A stretch of 64,000 bases of DNA, taken from positions 40,478-104,477 of the IMG/VR virus record IMGVR_UViG_3300047561_000814; one strand, written 5' to 3'. The notes below the pieces were generated by a model. That model had not been told where the DNA came from. It saw only the letters and a program-made list of their open reading frames with translations, and ran no database searches. The translations under genes and the position numbers were made by a program. The stretch comes from a virus. Lineage: Duplodnaviria > Caudoviricetes. The number at the start of each line of letters is the position of its first letter. Within the stretch, counting starts at the first letter, position 1. This document shows positions 10,792 to 20,549 of the stretch, piece by piece.

Positions 10792-10847
10792 ATTGGATAA
10801 AAATGGTATAATTGCTAATATAACTACACATTGGAGATTATACATAA

Positions 10848-13517
10848 TTGACTAGCCTCAAGCGTAAAATATTATTGGCTTTGGGGATAGGGTTATGCTT
10901 AACAATTTTTGGTATTATGGCGCCTAATGAAGCCTATGCTACGGATAATCAAGAACAGGTAGTAGTTAGCCCTGCCCAACAGGCAGTCAATACAGCCCTT
11001 GCAACGGCTACTACAGAGGTTCAACAGGCTATTTCAGCCACAGACACAGCCACCGCCACCGTTGCAGTAGCAGTAGTTCAAAATGTAGAGGCGCAGTCAG
11101 CGGTAGATACAATAACAGCCACGGTAGCAATAGCACAATCAAATATAACCTTAGTAGACACAGCCACTGCCACAATTAATGCTATAGATTTATCTCTTAC
11201 GCCAATAGATCAAAGTTCTCAAATAGTTCAAGATGCAAAAAATACAATTACAACAGCACAAACCTCCATAAATAATATTGATACATCAACTGCACAAGTA
11301 CAAATATCTGAAGCCATTGCAGCAAAAACAACAGCAACAACGGCACAAACCACTGCACAAACCGAATTAACTCAAGCCAACATTGCAATTAACAACGCTC
11401 AAGATGCAGTAAATGCTTTGGTAGCCACAATTGGAACAACAACAAATGTTTTAGCAAATACAGATGATGCTGGTATTCGCATGAACCTTCCATTTAATTT
11501 ACAAATGGGCGGAGTAACATATTCAAATATTTATGTTGGATCTAATGGAACAATTATGTTTGGAGTAAATCAAGGGACAAACTACTCTTCTACACCTACC
11601 GCTCCTTCTATTTCTGTAGCGGGATACGACTGGACTACATGGAGTAATGGTTCTGGTATTACTTATTCAACAACAACAAATACGCTATCTATTGCATGGG
11701 ACGTTAGAGTATTCCCGTTAACAACGGCAGAAACACAGATGACTCAGATTCGTTTTAATGCAGACGTAAATCCTACAGATGGTGCTTGGGCAGCAGATAT
11801 TAATGTTACTGGACCAATACCAAACGGCACAAGGTTTAACGTAAGAGAAACTACTAATGGAACAGTAACTGCCACTCTTGATACAAATCCTGGCGCTGGA
11901 TATAACGCAACAATTAGTCAAGGCGCTGCATTTACTCCCACTCCTGATCCAAATAATGCAACTGTTTTGGCGGCAATTGATACAGCAAATGCACAAATTG
12001 CTACATTAAACTCAGAAATTACTGCAGTTGTTGCTCAAAATACTACAAACACATCAGCAATAAATGCTATTAATACAACATCTTTAACCAATACCGTAAA
12101 CTCAGCGATATCAACAAAAACATCTCTTCAATCAACATTAAATACTAAATCAAGTCAACTAGTTACTGCAATTAATAATAATATTCCTACACCAGCCCCT
12201 ATCATTACAATCCCAGCACCTGGTCCATTAATGTATGTTGAAGTAGACATGCCAACAGGGTATGAAGGAAACACATGGTTTTATCAAGTTACTACTCAAA
12301 ATCCAACTGCTGCAAACCCATATGCTGGTGGAACATACAATACAGATGGCGCTCCTGCATCAATTGAGTTAAGTGGTTTGACACAAGGCGCTACCTATAC
12401 TATTAGAGTTGCTAACTGGTCTGGACCTGTAAGTGAATATACTGAGACTGTTATTTCTATACCCGCTACTCAAGGCGCAAATTTAAATGGTGGTGGAGCA
12501 ATTCAACCGCCACCTGCTCCAGAGCCTCCTGTTGAGCAACCATCTGATCCAGCACCTATACCAGTGCCACCTGCAGAAGAACCTCCTATTGTAATTGAAG
12601 AACCCCCTATTATAATTGAAGAGCCACCCGTTGTAGTTGAAGAACCCCCTATTGTAATTGAAGAGCCACCTGTTGTAGAACCTGAACCTCCTGTTATTGA
12701 AGAATTACCACCATTAACTGTTGAAGAAATTATCTCAGTTGTAGAAGATCTGGTTGCTGACGGTAATTTAACAGCAGCAGATGCAGAAGCAGTGCTAGAT
12801 GCTTTAATGTCTGATGGAGAAATAACATCTTCAGAAATTAGTGCACTGACTGATAATTTAATATCAGATGGAACCTTAAGTGCAAATGAATCAGCACTAA
12901 TTATAGATGCTTTAAATTCTGACGGGGTAGTTACAAACTCAGAGGTCACATCATTAGTTGAAGCACTTGTATCTGAAGGCGGATTATCTACAAATGAAAC
13001 AAAATTAATTGTAGATGCATTATCTGCAGATGGAAATATCACTACGTCAGAAGTAAATAATCTATCTGATGCTTTAACTAAAGATGGTTCATTTACATTA
13101 GCAGAAAAAGATTTAGTTTCACAAGTATTGATTACAGCAGCAGATGGAGCACCAGTAACTGCTGCCAACATAGAATCGGCGGGACTTGAATATCAGGATC
13201 TTCCTCCTACAATACCAGTAGAGGTAAGAGAAGACGTTAATGGTAATCCTGTAGTTATTACTGCAGAGGTGGCATCAGCATTGCTTGTATTGGAAAGTCC
13301 AGCAGCATTATTAGATGCAGTTGCTACTTGTTTTAATCCAGATGAAGCAATTGAAGGTTTGACAGAAGAGCAAAAATGTGAATTGGGCAAAGCCTTACTT
13401 AGCATAGGTGCTGATATGTCTATACCAGAACGTGAAAAAGCAAAAGATATTGTAGTTGTAACAATCATTGCTGGTCAAATGATAGTTGGAACTGCATCAA
13501 GAAGAAGGAGAGCATAA
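10848..13517 (+). CDS. large secreted/membrane-anchored protein with FN3-like domain and Pro/Glu-rich linker
   Basis: Signal peptide; LSGLTQGATYTIRVAN (FN3); EEPP(I/V)V repeats; acidic helical repeats; hydrophobic end plus RRRR. Confidence 0.7.
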   Translation: MTSLKRKILLALGIGLCLTIFGIMAPNEAYATDNQEQVVVSPAQQAVNTALATATTEVQQAISATDTATATVAVAVVQNVEAQSAVDTITATVAIAQSNITLVDTATATINAIDLSLTPIDQSSQIVQDAKNTITTAQTSINNIDTSTAQVQISEAIAAKTTATTAQTTAQTELTQANIAINNAQDAVNALVATIGTTTNVLANTDDAGIRMNLPFNLQMGGVTYSNIYVGSNGTIMFGVNQGTNYSSTPTAPSISVAGYDWTTWSNGSGITYSTTTNTLSIAWDVRVFPLTTAETQMTQIRFNADVNPTDGAWAADINVTGPIPNGTRFNVRETTNGTVTATLDTNPGAGYNATISQGAAFTPTPDPNNATVLAAIDTANAQIATLNSEITAVVAQNTTNTSAINAINTTSLTNTVNSAISTKTSLQSTLNTKSSQLVTAINNNIPTPAPIITIPAPGPLMYVEVDMPTGYEGNTWFYQVTTQNPTAANPYAGGTYNTDGAPASIELSGLTQGATYTIRVANWSGPVSEYTETVISIPATQGANLNGGGAIQPPPAPEPPVEQPSDPAPIPVPPAEEPPIVIEEPPIIIEEPPVVVEEPPIVIEEPPVVEPEPPVIEELPPLTVEEIISVVEDLVADGNLTAADAEAVLDALMSDGEITSSEISALTDNLISDGTLSANESALIIDALNSDGVVTNSEVTSLVEALVSEGGLSTNETKLIVDALSADGNITTSEVNNLSDALTKDGSFTLAEKDLVSQVLITAADGAPVTAANIESAGLEYQDLPPTIPVEVREDVNGNPVVITAEVASALLVLESPAALLDAVATCFNPDEAIEGLTEEQKCELGKALLSIGADMSIPEREKAKDIVVVTIIAGQMIVGTASRRRRA

Positions 13518-13518
13518 A

Positions 13519-13692
13519 ATGAAAAAGTTCAAAGAATGGGGTATGGCAGCCCTAAACGAAAACTTTACATTCCTTGGCTTCTTTGTAGCATGGGTGGTTT
13601 TAGAGGGTAGCGCAAAGACGGTGGTAGGGTACGTAACCCTGGCATCAATAGCCGTATGGTTTGCAACCATAGGAATTCGTAAAGAAGACTAA
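13519..13692 (+). CDS. small membrane protein
   Basis: Two hydrophobic segments; RBS aaggag. Confidence 0.55.
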   Translation: MKKFKEWGMAALNENFTFLGFFVAWVVLEGSAKTVVGYVTLASIAVWFATIGIRKED

Positions 13693-13745
13693 TACTATTT
13701 AATAATACTATAAGTTATTATTTTAATGTATAGTATACTATTAGT

Positions 13746-13946
13746 ATGAAGAAATTAACATCAGCCATTGGTTGCTGTATACTTGTATTGATGCTATCAG
13801 GATGTGGCATTGAACTAGGTCATTATCGTTACCCTTGTCAAAATCCTGATAACTGGAACGCTAAAGATTGCATACCTCCAATTTGTGAAGCAAAAGGTGT
13901 ATGTACAAAAGATATTATTAAGGTAGAGGACACAAAAAATGCGTAA
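13746..13946 (+). CDS. small lipoprotein
   Basis: Lipobox LSGC; Cys-rich mature part. Confidence 0.6.
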   Translation: MKKLTSAIGCCILVLMLSGCGIELGHYRYPCQNPDNWNAKDCIPPICEAKGVCTKDIIKVEDTKNA

Positions 13947-14343
13947 TCGTAGAACACAGTCAGAGATGGACTCTTTATTAAAGTTTATTTTAGGATTAAC
14001 CCTTGGAGCAATTTTATTTTTTACATCAATGGGAATTCTGTATGGTTTGCTTTTTGTTGAGCAACCACTAAATGCCCAATCAGAAAACGATAAAATGTTT
14101 TTTAACGTTCTTGGTAGCGTAGCAACTTTTATTACAGGAACACTTGCTGGTCTTCTTATTGGATCATCTGGCGCTAAAGATATTATGTCTGCACAGATTG
14201 CAAATAAAGAAGTTGATGCCAAAAATACAATGGCAGATAAAAAATTAGAATCAGAGATTGACGCAACAGCAGCACGTCTAGCAGCAAAGCCAGACGGGGC
14301 AATGCCAGAAGAACAACCAGTTGATACGGATTGGAATAAGTGA
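13939..14343 (+). CDS. two-TM membrane protein (holin-like, lysis region)
   Basis: Two TM helices upstream of the endolysin. Confidence 0.5.
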   Translation: MRNRRTQSEMDSLLKFILGLTLGAILFFTSMGILYGLLFVEQPLNAQSENDKMFFNVLGSVATFITGTLAGLLIGSSGAKDIMSAQIANKEVDAKNTMADKKLESEIDATAARLAAKPDGAMPEEQPVDTDWNK

Positions 14344-14549
14344 TGTCAAAAGATTCTACAAAAAAGACTTTACTAAAAACATTAAGTTGGGAAACTTTTC
14401 ACTTAGTGGGCGTCGCTGGTATTATTTATTTATTTACTCGTGAATGGGAATACGCAAGTCTTGGAGCCCTAATCTATATTGGTTGGGAAGCATTAGGCTA
14501 CTTTATTCATGAAAGAATTTGGGCAAAATTTGGGAATAAGGTAAGGTGA
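14340..14549 (+). CDS. DUF2061-like small membrane protein
   Basis: KTLSW..YFIHERIW. Confidence 0.6.
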   Translation: MMSKDSTKKTLLKTLSWETFHLVGVAGIIYLFTREWEYASLGALIYIGWEALGYFIHERIWAKFGNKVR

Positions 14550-15127
14550 TGGCGGAGCAAGGTACAGCAGCACGTTTAATTGAAGTTGCTACAGCAGAGA
14601 TTGGGACTATTGAAGGTCCAAAAGATAATGAAACAAAGTACGGCGCTTACACAAAGGCTAACTTTCAACCATGGTGCGGATCATTTGTTAATTGGTGCGG
14701 TAACGAGGCTGGCGTAAAAATTCCTAACACTGTTTATACTCCAGCAGGGGTAACAGCATTTAAAAAAGCCAACTCATGGATTGATGGAGACATAGCAGAT
14801 CCAGAATCAGGGGATATAGCCTATTTTGATTTCCCCTCAGATGGCGTTGATAGGGTGAGTCACGTAGGCATTGTTGTTAAAGATAATGAAGACGGAACTG
14901 TTTGGTGTATTGAAGGAAATACTTCTTCAAAGAAGTCTGGAAGTCAACGAAATGGCGGAGAGGTTTGCAAACAGTTACGTGCTTATAAAAAAAACAAGGC
15001 TGGAGTTTTAATCTCAATAGTTGGGTTTGGTCGTCCAAAATTTGGAGCATCTACACCTACTACAACTGCTAAAAAATCTCAAAATAAAACAAAAACATGC
15101 TCAGCATGCGGTCAAAATATTAAATAA
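14546..15127 (+). CDS. CHAP-domain endolysin
   Basis: PWCGSFV, SHVGIV, IEGNT. Confidence 0.85.
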   Translation: MMAEQGTAARLIEVATAEIGTIEGPKDNETKYGAYTKANFQPWCGSFVNWCGNEAGVKIPNTVYTPAGVTAFKKANSWIDGDIADPESGDIAYFDFPSDGVDRVSHVGIVVKDNEDGTVWCIEGNTSSKKSGSQRNGGEVCKQLRAYKKNKAGVLISIVGFGRPKFGASTPTTTAKKSQNKTKTCSACGQNIK

Positions 15128-15189
15128 AGGTGTTTGACTAAGCAAAAATGCTTTGATATACTTAAGGTTATAGTCTGAGGGGGAATTGT

Positions 15190-15720
15190 ATGACCGTACT
15201 GGCTGTTGTGCGTGATCAACTAACTAATAAAATTTATATGGCTGGTGATCGGGGGGCTTCAGATGATAATACTATCTTGGCTCTAACTTCTCCAAAAGTT
15301 TGGAAACTTGGTCCATACCTAATTGGATATGCTGGAGCATTAGACGGTGAACGTATTCGTTATAATTTTAATCCATATGTTCCAGACATTAAAGACACAG
15401 ACAAGTTTATGCAAACTAAGTTTATTAAACAACTTAGAGATTTTTATAATAACTGGTGGGTAGATACTAGCAAAGAAGGTGACCTAGGTCTTATTATTTG
15501 TATTAAAGGACAAATATATGAACACAATGCTATTGATATGTCCTTGTCTAAATACAATTTGGATTATTTGGCTATGGGATCTGGTGCTGAGTACGCCTAT
15601 GGATATTTAAATGCTACAGAAAAATCTAAAGATGCTCGTAAAAGAGTTATTGGAGCAGTAAATTCAGCAATAAAATTTAGTCCAACCTGCTTGGGTCCAG
15701 TTGACGTAGTAAGCATTTAG
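15190..15720 (+). CDS. HslV/proteasome-beta-like Ntn hydrolase
   Basis: N-terminal Thr, AGD, IGYAG, GSGAEYAYG. Confidence 0.7.
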   Translation: MTVLAVVRDQLTNKIYMAGDRGASDDNTILALTSPKVWKLGPYLIGYAGALDGERIRYNFNPYVPDIKDTDKFMQTKFIKQLRDFYNNWWVDTSKEGDLGLIICIKGQIYEHNAIDMSLSKYNLDYLAMGSGAEYAYGYLNATEKSKDARKRVIGAVNSAIKFSPTCLGPVDVVSI

Positions 15721-15735
15721 CGCTATACTTAATAT

Positions 15736-15942
15736 ATGAATCATAAGTATAAAGAAGATTTATCTTTAGAAGACAAAAAGTTTGGCGTTTGGCTTGAAAA
15801 AGGAATTGAAAAAGGTTGGGTAACACCGCCTTATTGCAATACCCATGATGGTGGATACGAATATATGGGTGAAGAAGAACAAGAAGAATGGGAAGCAGGT
15901 GGCGACCCATGTTGTCATGTCATCAGATTGATGATATCTTAA
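15736..15942 (+). CDS. hypothetical protein
   Basis: TATACT 6 nt upstream of the ATG; CxxHDG..GGDPC. Confidence 0.6.
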   Translation: MNHKYKEDLSLEDKKFGVWLEKGIEKGWVTPPYCNTHDGGYEYMGEEEQEEWEAGGDPCCHVIRLMIS

Positions 15943-15958
15943 ATAGATTAGGAAGAAT

Positions 15959-16627
15959 ATGAAAACAAAAAATAAAGTTTTTACTGCAATTTTAAGCGTA
16001 GTTGCATCATCATTTTTATTTATTGCCGTTCCAGAGGCAGCAACTGCTGCACCGTGTTCGGCATCCGATCCTTGTCAAACTTATGCAATGGTAGATAATA
16101 CAAATAACGTTATAAATGTTATTGTTTGTCAGCCATCAGTTTGTGGTAGTGGAACTTTTGCTGGTTATCGTGTTGTTTTACAAATTGCTGCTAATCCACA
16201 AACAAATGATCCAACTGGAACAAGTGGTCAGATGACAAAACCAGAAGAAAATAGAGTTGTTACGTTGTCAGATAATAATACTTTTACTGTAAAACAGAAT
16301 GAAGTTGTTATTCAGACTATTGCAGTTCCAGAAGTTCAAACTCAAAATACAAATAATACAACAACAACAACAACAACATCTATGCAGGCACAGTTTATTG
16401 ATACAAGTACTGGATCTGTAAAAATTGACGCAACTCAAACTACTGATTCTACTACAGTAACTTCTAATTCTACAGTAAATAGTACAAACACTATTAAAGA
16501 AACTGTTATTTTTCAAGAAAGAAAAACTGCAGCACAAGTATCTTCTGTGCTTGAACAACAAAAACTTACTTTATTCCAATCAAGAATGAATAAGTTATTA
16601 ATACTTTTAAGCGGTTGGCTTATTTAG
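15959..16627 (+). CDS. secreted Thr-rich protein
   Basis: Signal peptide; poly-Thr encoded by (aca)n. Confidence 0.6.
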   Translation: MKTKNKVFTAILSVVASSFLFIAVPEAATAAPCSASDPCQTYAMVDNTNNVINVIVCQPSVCGSGTFAGYRVVLQIAANPQTNDPTGTSGQMTKPEENRVVTLSDNNTFTVKQNEVVIQTIAVPEVQTQNTNNTTTTTTTSMQAQFIDTSTGSVKIDATQTTDSTTVTSNSTVNSTNTIKETVIFQERKTAAQVSSVLEQQKLTLFQSRMNKLLILLSGWLI

Positions 16628-16643
16628 TTTAATCCTTAATGTT

Positions 16644-16717
16644 GCGGATATTGCATAGTGGTAGTGCGTAACCTTGCCAAGGTTAATGTGCGGGTCCGAT
16701 TCCCGCTATCCGCTCCA
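16644..16717 (+). tRNA. tRNA-Gly(GCC)
   Basis: Cloverleaf; anticodon arm taacc-ttGCCaa-ggtta; encoded CCA. Confidence 0.92.
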
Positions 16718-16718
16718 A

Positions 16719-16790
16719 GGCCCTATCTTCTAGTGGTCAGGATACCAGGCTTTCATCTTGGTGAGCAGAGTTCAATTCTCTGTAGGGCTA
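16719..16790 (+). tRNA. tRNA-Glu(TTC)
   Basis: Cloverleaf; ccagg-ctTTCat-cttgg; T-arm cagag-ttcaatt-ctctg. Confidence 0.9.
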
Positions 16791-16812
16791 CAAAATTCTG
16801 ATATAATAATAT

Positions 16813-16863
16813 TGTATCTGCCAAATGGGGATACATTAACTTATTCGCTTGAAAGGGGAATAA
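16813..16863 (+). promoter_or_regulatory. ROSE-like RNA thermometer in the hsp20 5' UTR
   Basis: Two hairpins; the second, UUAUUCGCUU-GAAA-GGGGAAUAA, pairs UCGCU (bulged G) with the SD. Confidence 0.55.
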
Positions 16864-16864
16864 A

Positions 16865-17281
16865 ATGGTAACACAGTTTGCAATGGATCTATTCAATGAT
16901 CCTTTTTTTATTGGCTTTAATAGAGAGTTAGGCCGTTTAAATACAGCACATAAAGTAAATTCACAGTCATATCCTCCATATGATCTTCTTAAATTAGATG
17001 AAGACACCTATATACTATCTCTTGCTATTGCAGGATTTACAAAAGAATATATTGACGTATCGGTAGACAATGGAACCCTTGTAATTAAAGGAGAAATTGT
17101 AGAAGTTACAGATGCTGAAGTTGTTCACAAGGGAATCGCTGGTCGTAAGTTTGTACGATCTTTTGCTCTTGGCGAATACATGGAAGTATCTAGTGCTGAA
17201 CTAAAAGATGGACTGCTAACAATTAATATTGTTCGTGTTATTCCTGAAGATAAAAAACCTAAAGTAATTAAAATAAAATAA
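16865..17281 (+). CDS. small heat shock protein Hsp20/IbpA
   Basis: YPPYD, LAIAGF, HKGIAGRKF.RSF, AELKDGLL. Confidence 0.92.
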   Translation: MVTQFAMDLFNDPFFIGFNRELGRLNTAHKVNSQSYPPYDLLKLDEDTYILSLAIAGFTKEYIDVSVDNGTLVIKGEIVEVTDAEVVHKGIAGRKFVRSFALGEYMEVSSAELKDGLLTINIVRVIPEDKKPKVIKIK

Positions 17282-17287
17282 AAATAA

Positions 17288-17315
17288 CAACCTGGGCATG
17301 TTGCAAAACTGCCTA
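17288..17315 (+). ncRNA. pseudoknot motif copy (3' of hsp20)
   Basis: CAAC-CUGGGCAU-GUUG-CAAAAC-UGCCUA; P1 CAAC/GUUG, P2 UGGGCA/UGCCUA. Confidence 0.7.
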
Positions 17316-17352
17316 TTTTTTGATATACTTAGATATAACCATAGGAGATTTA

Positions 17353-17526
17353 ATGCCAAGAGATGACTACAGATGTTCTATTTGTTCTTCACAAATTGAA
17401 TTTGAAAGATCAATTGGTGATGACAAATATCCAATATGCTGTAATGAATCTATGCAAAAAGTATGGAGTTCACCTGCTGCAATTTTTCGGGGTAATGGAT
17501 TTTACTCAACTGACAACAGAAAGTAG
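17353..17526 (+). CDS. FmdB-family zinc-ribbon protein
   Basis: MP..DYRCSIC..F.GNGFYSTD. Confidence 0.75.
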   Translation: MPRDDYRCSICSSQIEFERSIGDDKYPICCNESMQKVWSSPAAIFRGNGFYSTDNRK

Positions 17527-17799
17527 ATGTATAATATGAGTATGACTAATATTGTTGAAGATCATCCAAGCGTAGTTTCAAAAAAGTATATACTAAATGC
17601 CAGTGATCGTTGCGATAAATGTACTGCTCAAGCCTTAATTAAGGTTAAGGGCTTGTCGGGAGAGTTAACATTTTGCAGTCATCATTATGAAAAAATAATG
17701 AATAGTTCTGAATCACATAATAAAATGATGGCTTTTTTAGTAGAAATTCTTGATGAGCGTGAAAAACTTATTAAAGACAAACCAGTGGGAGGCATATAA
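17527..17799 (+). CDS. zinc-binding hypothetical protein
   Basis: DRCDKC.AQA..LTFCSHH. Confidence 0.6.
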   Translation: MYNMSMTNIVEDHPSVVSKKYILNASDRCDKCTAQALIKVKGLSGELTFCSHHYEKIMNSSESHNKMMAFLVEILDEREKLIKDKPVGGI

Positions 17800-18365
17800 T
17801 GTTATACAATAAAGAAATTTTAGATTTTAGATTTTCTTACATTAAAAACTATAATATTGAAAAAATAAAAAAAATTGTTAAAAATCTTGAAAATGAATGG
17901 TTAGTTGATCATTCTAGGCAAGATATGTTTTATGTACATAGATATACAAACTCATACATTATAAATAAAGTTTCGCTTGACTGGAAACAAGGAGAGCCAT
18001 TGCAGTCAATAAATAAATTAGAATCAACAGAACTTTCAGAACTTGCATTAGAAATTGCTTGTGATTTAGAAAAACAAATTGATGGAAAAATGGGTCAAGT
18101 TTTATTTACAAAACTTCCTGCAAAAAAAATTATTGATCCTCACGAAGACCATGGAGATTATTTACACTGTGTTGCACGTCATCACATTCCAATTATTACA
18201 AATTTAGGGGTAAGGTTTATTATAGATGGAGAAGGCCGACATGTTCCAGAGGGTGAGTGCTGGGAAATAAATAATAACAAAACACATGCAGTTGAAAATA
18301 ATGGAGAAGAGGACCGAATTCATCTTTTAATTGACATAATACCAAATAAATATTTAACAGTATAA
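17799..18365 (+). CDS. aspartyl/asparaginyl beta-hydroxylase-like 2OG-Fe(II) oxygenase
   Basis: HED, RHHIPIITN, WEINN.KTHAVEN.G..DRIHL. Confidence 0.8.
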   Translation: MLYNKEILDFRFSYIKNYNIEKIKKIVKNLENEWLVDHSRQDMFYVHRYTNSYIINKVSLDWKQGEPLQSINKLESTELSELALEIACDLEKQIDGKMGQVLFTKLPAKKIIDPHEDHGDYLHCVARHHIPIITNLGVRFIIDGEGRHVPEGECWEINNNKTHAVENNGEEDRIHLLIDIIPNKYLTV

Positions 18366-18389
18366 ATAATTAAAAAGAAATGGAGAAAA

Positions 18390-18797
18390 ATGTACGAATA
18401 CTTTGTTAGAGAAGTAAAAAATGTTGTTGATGGAGACACCATTGACGTAGTTATTGATTTAGGGTTTGATATTTTATTTGAATCCCGTGTTCGTTTGGCT
18501 GGTATTGATACGCCAGAGTCACGGACAACAGATAAGGCTGAAAAGGCTCTTGGTCTTGAGGCTAAGGAATATTTAAAAAAACAACTTAAGGATGCTAAGT
18601 CAGTTGTCATTCGTACAGAAAAAATGGATTCATCAGAAAAGTATGGTCGTATTCTTGGTTGGGTTTATGTTAATGGGGAATCAGATTCCGTAAACAATAA
18701 AATGATTAAAGATGGTTATGCTTGGGGATATCTTGGTGATACAAAAATTAAAGATTTTGAAATTCTTAAAAAGGCTAGATCAAAGTCTGGTAAATGA
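18390..18797 (+). CDS. thermonuclease (SNase-like)
   Basis: VVDGDTI, RVRLAGIDTPE, KYGRIL. Confidence 0.9.
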   Translation: MYEYFVREVKNVVDGDTIDVVIDLGFDILFESRVRLAGIDTPESRTTDKAEKALGLEAKEYLKKQLKDAKSVVIRTEKMDSSEKYGRILGWVYVNGESDSVNNKMIKDGYAWGYLGDTKIKDFEILKKARSKSGK

Positions 18798-19066
18798 AAA
18801 ACGTTTTTTATTTTACAGCAGACTGGTGTAGTCCTTGTAAAAAAACAAGACCAGTTGTTGAGGAATTAAAAAAAGAAGGTTTTCAATTTCAAATGATAGA
18901 TGTTGATTACGAACAACTTTTGGCTAAACAGTTTCAGGTTAAATCAATTCCTACATTTATTTTATTAGAAGACGGCAAAGAACTTGATCGTGTAACTGGG
19001 GCACAAACAAGGGCAGAGTTGGAGAACTTTATTAATTATGAAAAAATTATTCAAGAGAATATTTAA
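18794..19066 (+). CDS. thioredoxin
   Basis: WCSPC, SIPT. Confidence 0.88.
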   Translation: MKNVFYFTADWCSPCKKTRPVVEELKKEGFQFQMIDVDYEQLLAKQFQVKSIPTFILLEDGKELDRVTGAQTRAELENFINYEKIIQENI

Positions 19067-19415
19067 TCCAGATGGGAAAAGCATGAGTTCAGATGAAAAT
19101 GAAATGATTGAAAAGTTGATCCTTGAGGGTGGACTAGAGGTTGCGGGTATTGATTCTGAAAACGGATCATTCCTATATTCATTTACACCTAAAATTAAAG
19201 AACTAATGCCAGAACTTTATAATGATCATCTTAATAGAGTCAATGCTGAGATACTTTCTTTATGGGAAAGAGCCTACGTAGACATAGATTTTTTGGCAAA
19301 AGAGCCAGTGGTAACTCTTACAGATAAGTCTTTTGATCCAGTAGAAATGTCAAAACTACGCAAGCAAGACGTTTGGGCTATAGAAGAACTTAAACGCCTT
19401 ACTCGTAAAAAATAA
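19038..19415 (+). CDS. hypothetical protein
   Basis: Overlapping ORF in the operon. Confidence 0.55.
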   Translation: MKKLFKRIFNPDGKSMSSDENEMIEKLILEGGLEVAGIDSENGSFLYSFTPKIKELMPELYNDHLNRVNAEILSLWERAYVDIDFLAKEPVVTLTDKSFDPVEMSKLRKQDVWAIEELKRLTRKK

Positions 19416-19433
19416 GTCTGATATAATAAAAGC

Positions 19434-20201
19434 ATGAGTCATGTTGTAGAAGGCGATTTCGTAATGTTTGTTCATGAAGATGATGGAATTATGGCTGGTC
19501 GTGTTGAATATGTTATGACTAATCCTGGCTTACTTGGTATTCCTGGCTCTGAATACTCAATGGAATATGCTGAAGATGATAAACCAGTCATTGTTCGTGC
19601 TTATAAAGAAGAAGATGGCGCATGGGAAGAACAGCCATACGTTTTCTATCATCGCATGTCAGAAGTTGTGAAGATTGAATCACTATCTGTATCTGTTGAT
19701 ATGGTAATGGAAATTGGATCAAGTGGAACTGGAATTCCAACAATGCCATCGCAATCCGATATGGAAAACATGTATGCTGTTCAAATAGGAAAATCTTATA
19801 ACTCAGATAATCAAGATGAAGATAAATGGGATAACATGGAAAAAAAGTGCTGGGTTGGATATGAACAACGTGGCATGAAAGACAAGGGTGGACGAATGGT
19901 TCCTAATTGCGTTCCTGTTGGCAAATTAAATGAAATGGATGACAACATGGGAAAAGCAAAACCAAAATATGAAGACTTTATTAAACCAAGAAGTGGTGGA
20001 ACTGAGCCATCTAATCCAAAACTTTATGCAACAGTTGTTCAAGCAGCAAAAGATAAGTTTGACGTTTATCCATCTGCAGTAGCAAATTCCTGGGTAGTGC
20101 AAGAATATAAGCGTCGTGGTGGCACATACAAATCAGAATCAAAATCTACAACCAAAAGTATTTGGGGTGGAGCATTTGATCCTTTGACATTGGAAAAATA
20201 A
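19434..20201 (+). CDS. hypothetical mosaic protein
   Basis: Contains CWVGY..VPNCVP and YPSAVANSWVVQEYK modules; TGnTATAAT 6 nt upstream. Confidence 0.6.
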   Translation: MSHVVEGDFVMFVHEDDGIMAGRVEYVMTNPGLLGIPGSEYSMEYAEDDKPVIVRAYKEEDGAWEEQPYVFYHRMSEVVKIESLSVSVDMVMEIGSSGTGIPTMPSQSDMENMYAVQIGKSYNSDNQDEDKWDNMEKKCWVGYEQRGMKDKGGRMVPNCVPVGKLNEMDDNMGKAKPKYEDFIKPRSGGTEPSNPKLYATVVQAAKDKFDVYPSAVANSWVVQEYKRRGGTYKSESKSTTKSIWGGAFDPLTLEK

Positions 20202-20359
20202 TGTCTAAAAAATCTTCAGGATCTTATTTTAAAAATTACGGGTTTAATCCAATACAAATTAAAGACGGCAGAATTGTTCGTTTAAGAAAAGATGGTAGTG
20301 TTAAAGCGGACTTAGGTCCATATCCAAAAACAAAGATAGGGGTAACTCATGGCAAATAA
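20201..20359 (+). CDS. 52-aa basic protein (below the ORF-track cutoff)
   Basis: MSKKSSGSYF..GVTHGK; TAATG overlap. Confidence 0.5.
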   Translation: MSKKSSGSYFKNYGFNPIQIKDGRIVRLRKDGSVKADLGPYPKTKIGVTHGK

Positions 20360-20453
20360 AGAACAAAAAGGTAATGCTAATAAAAAGAAAGAGCCAAAGA
20401 TGACTCTTAAAGAAAAACGTGCTGTTAAGCAAGAAAAAAAGAAATCAAAATGA
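20349..20453 (+). CDS. 34-aa Lys-rich peptide
   Basis: MANKEQKGNANKKKEPKMTLKEKRAVKQEKKKSK; ggggt RBS. Confidence 0.5.
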   Translation: MANKEQKGNANKKKEPKMTLKEKRAVKQEKKKSK

Positions 20454-20549
20454 ATACATTTTATTTCTTGCATTCTTTAGTAATAGGTTTGTTAATGATT
20501 GGATCATTTTTTTGGGGTAAGTCTTATGAAACAAATAGGGTAAAGAAAA

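Noticed and set aside
9052-13468. Long minus-strand ORFs (9052..9819, 10363..10683, 12503..13171; also 61957..62577 and 63076..63705)
   Set aside because: Antisense shadows of codon-biased Ala/Thr-rich genes; no RBS or protein motifs.
16753-17007. ORFs overlapping tRNAs or regulatory DNA (16753..17007, 32570..32752, 32763..33074, 43503..43697, 45295..45546, 49952..50149)
   Set aside because: Better explained by tRNAs, promoters or a different true frame.
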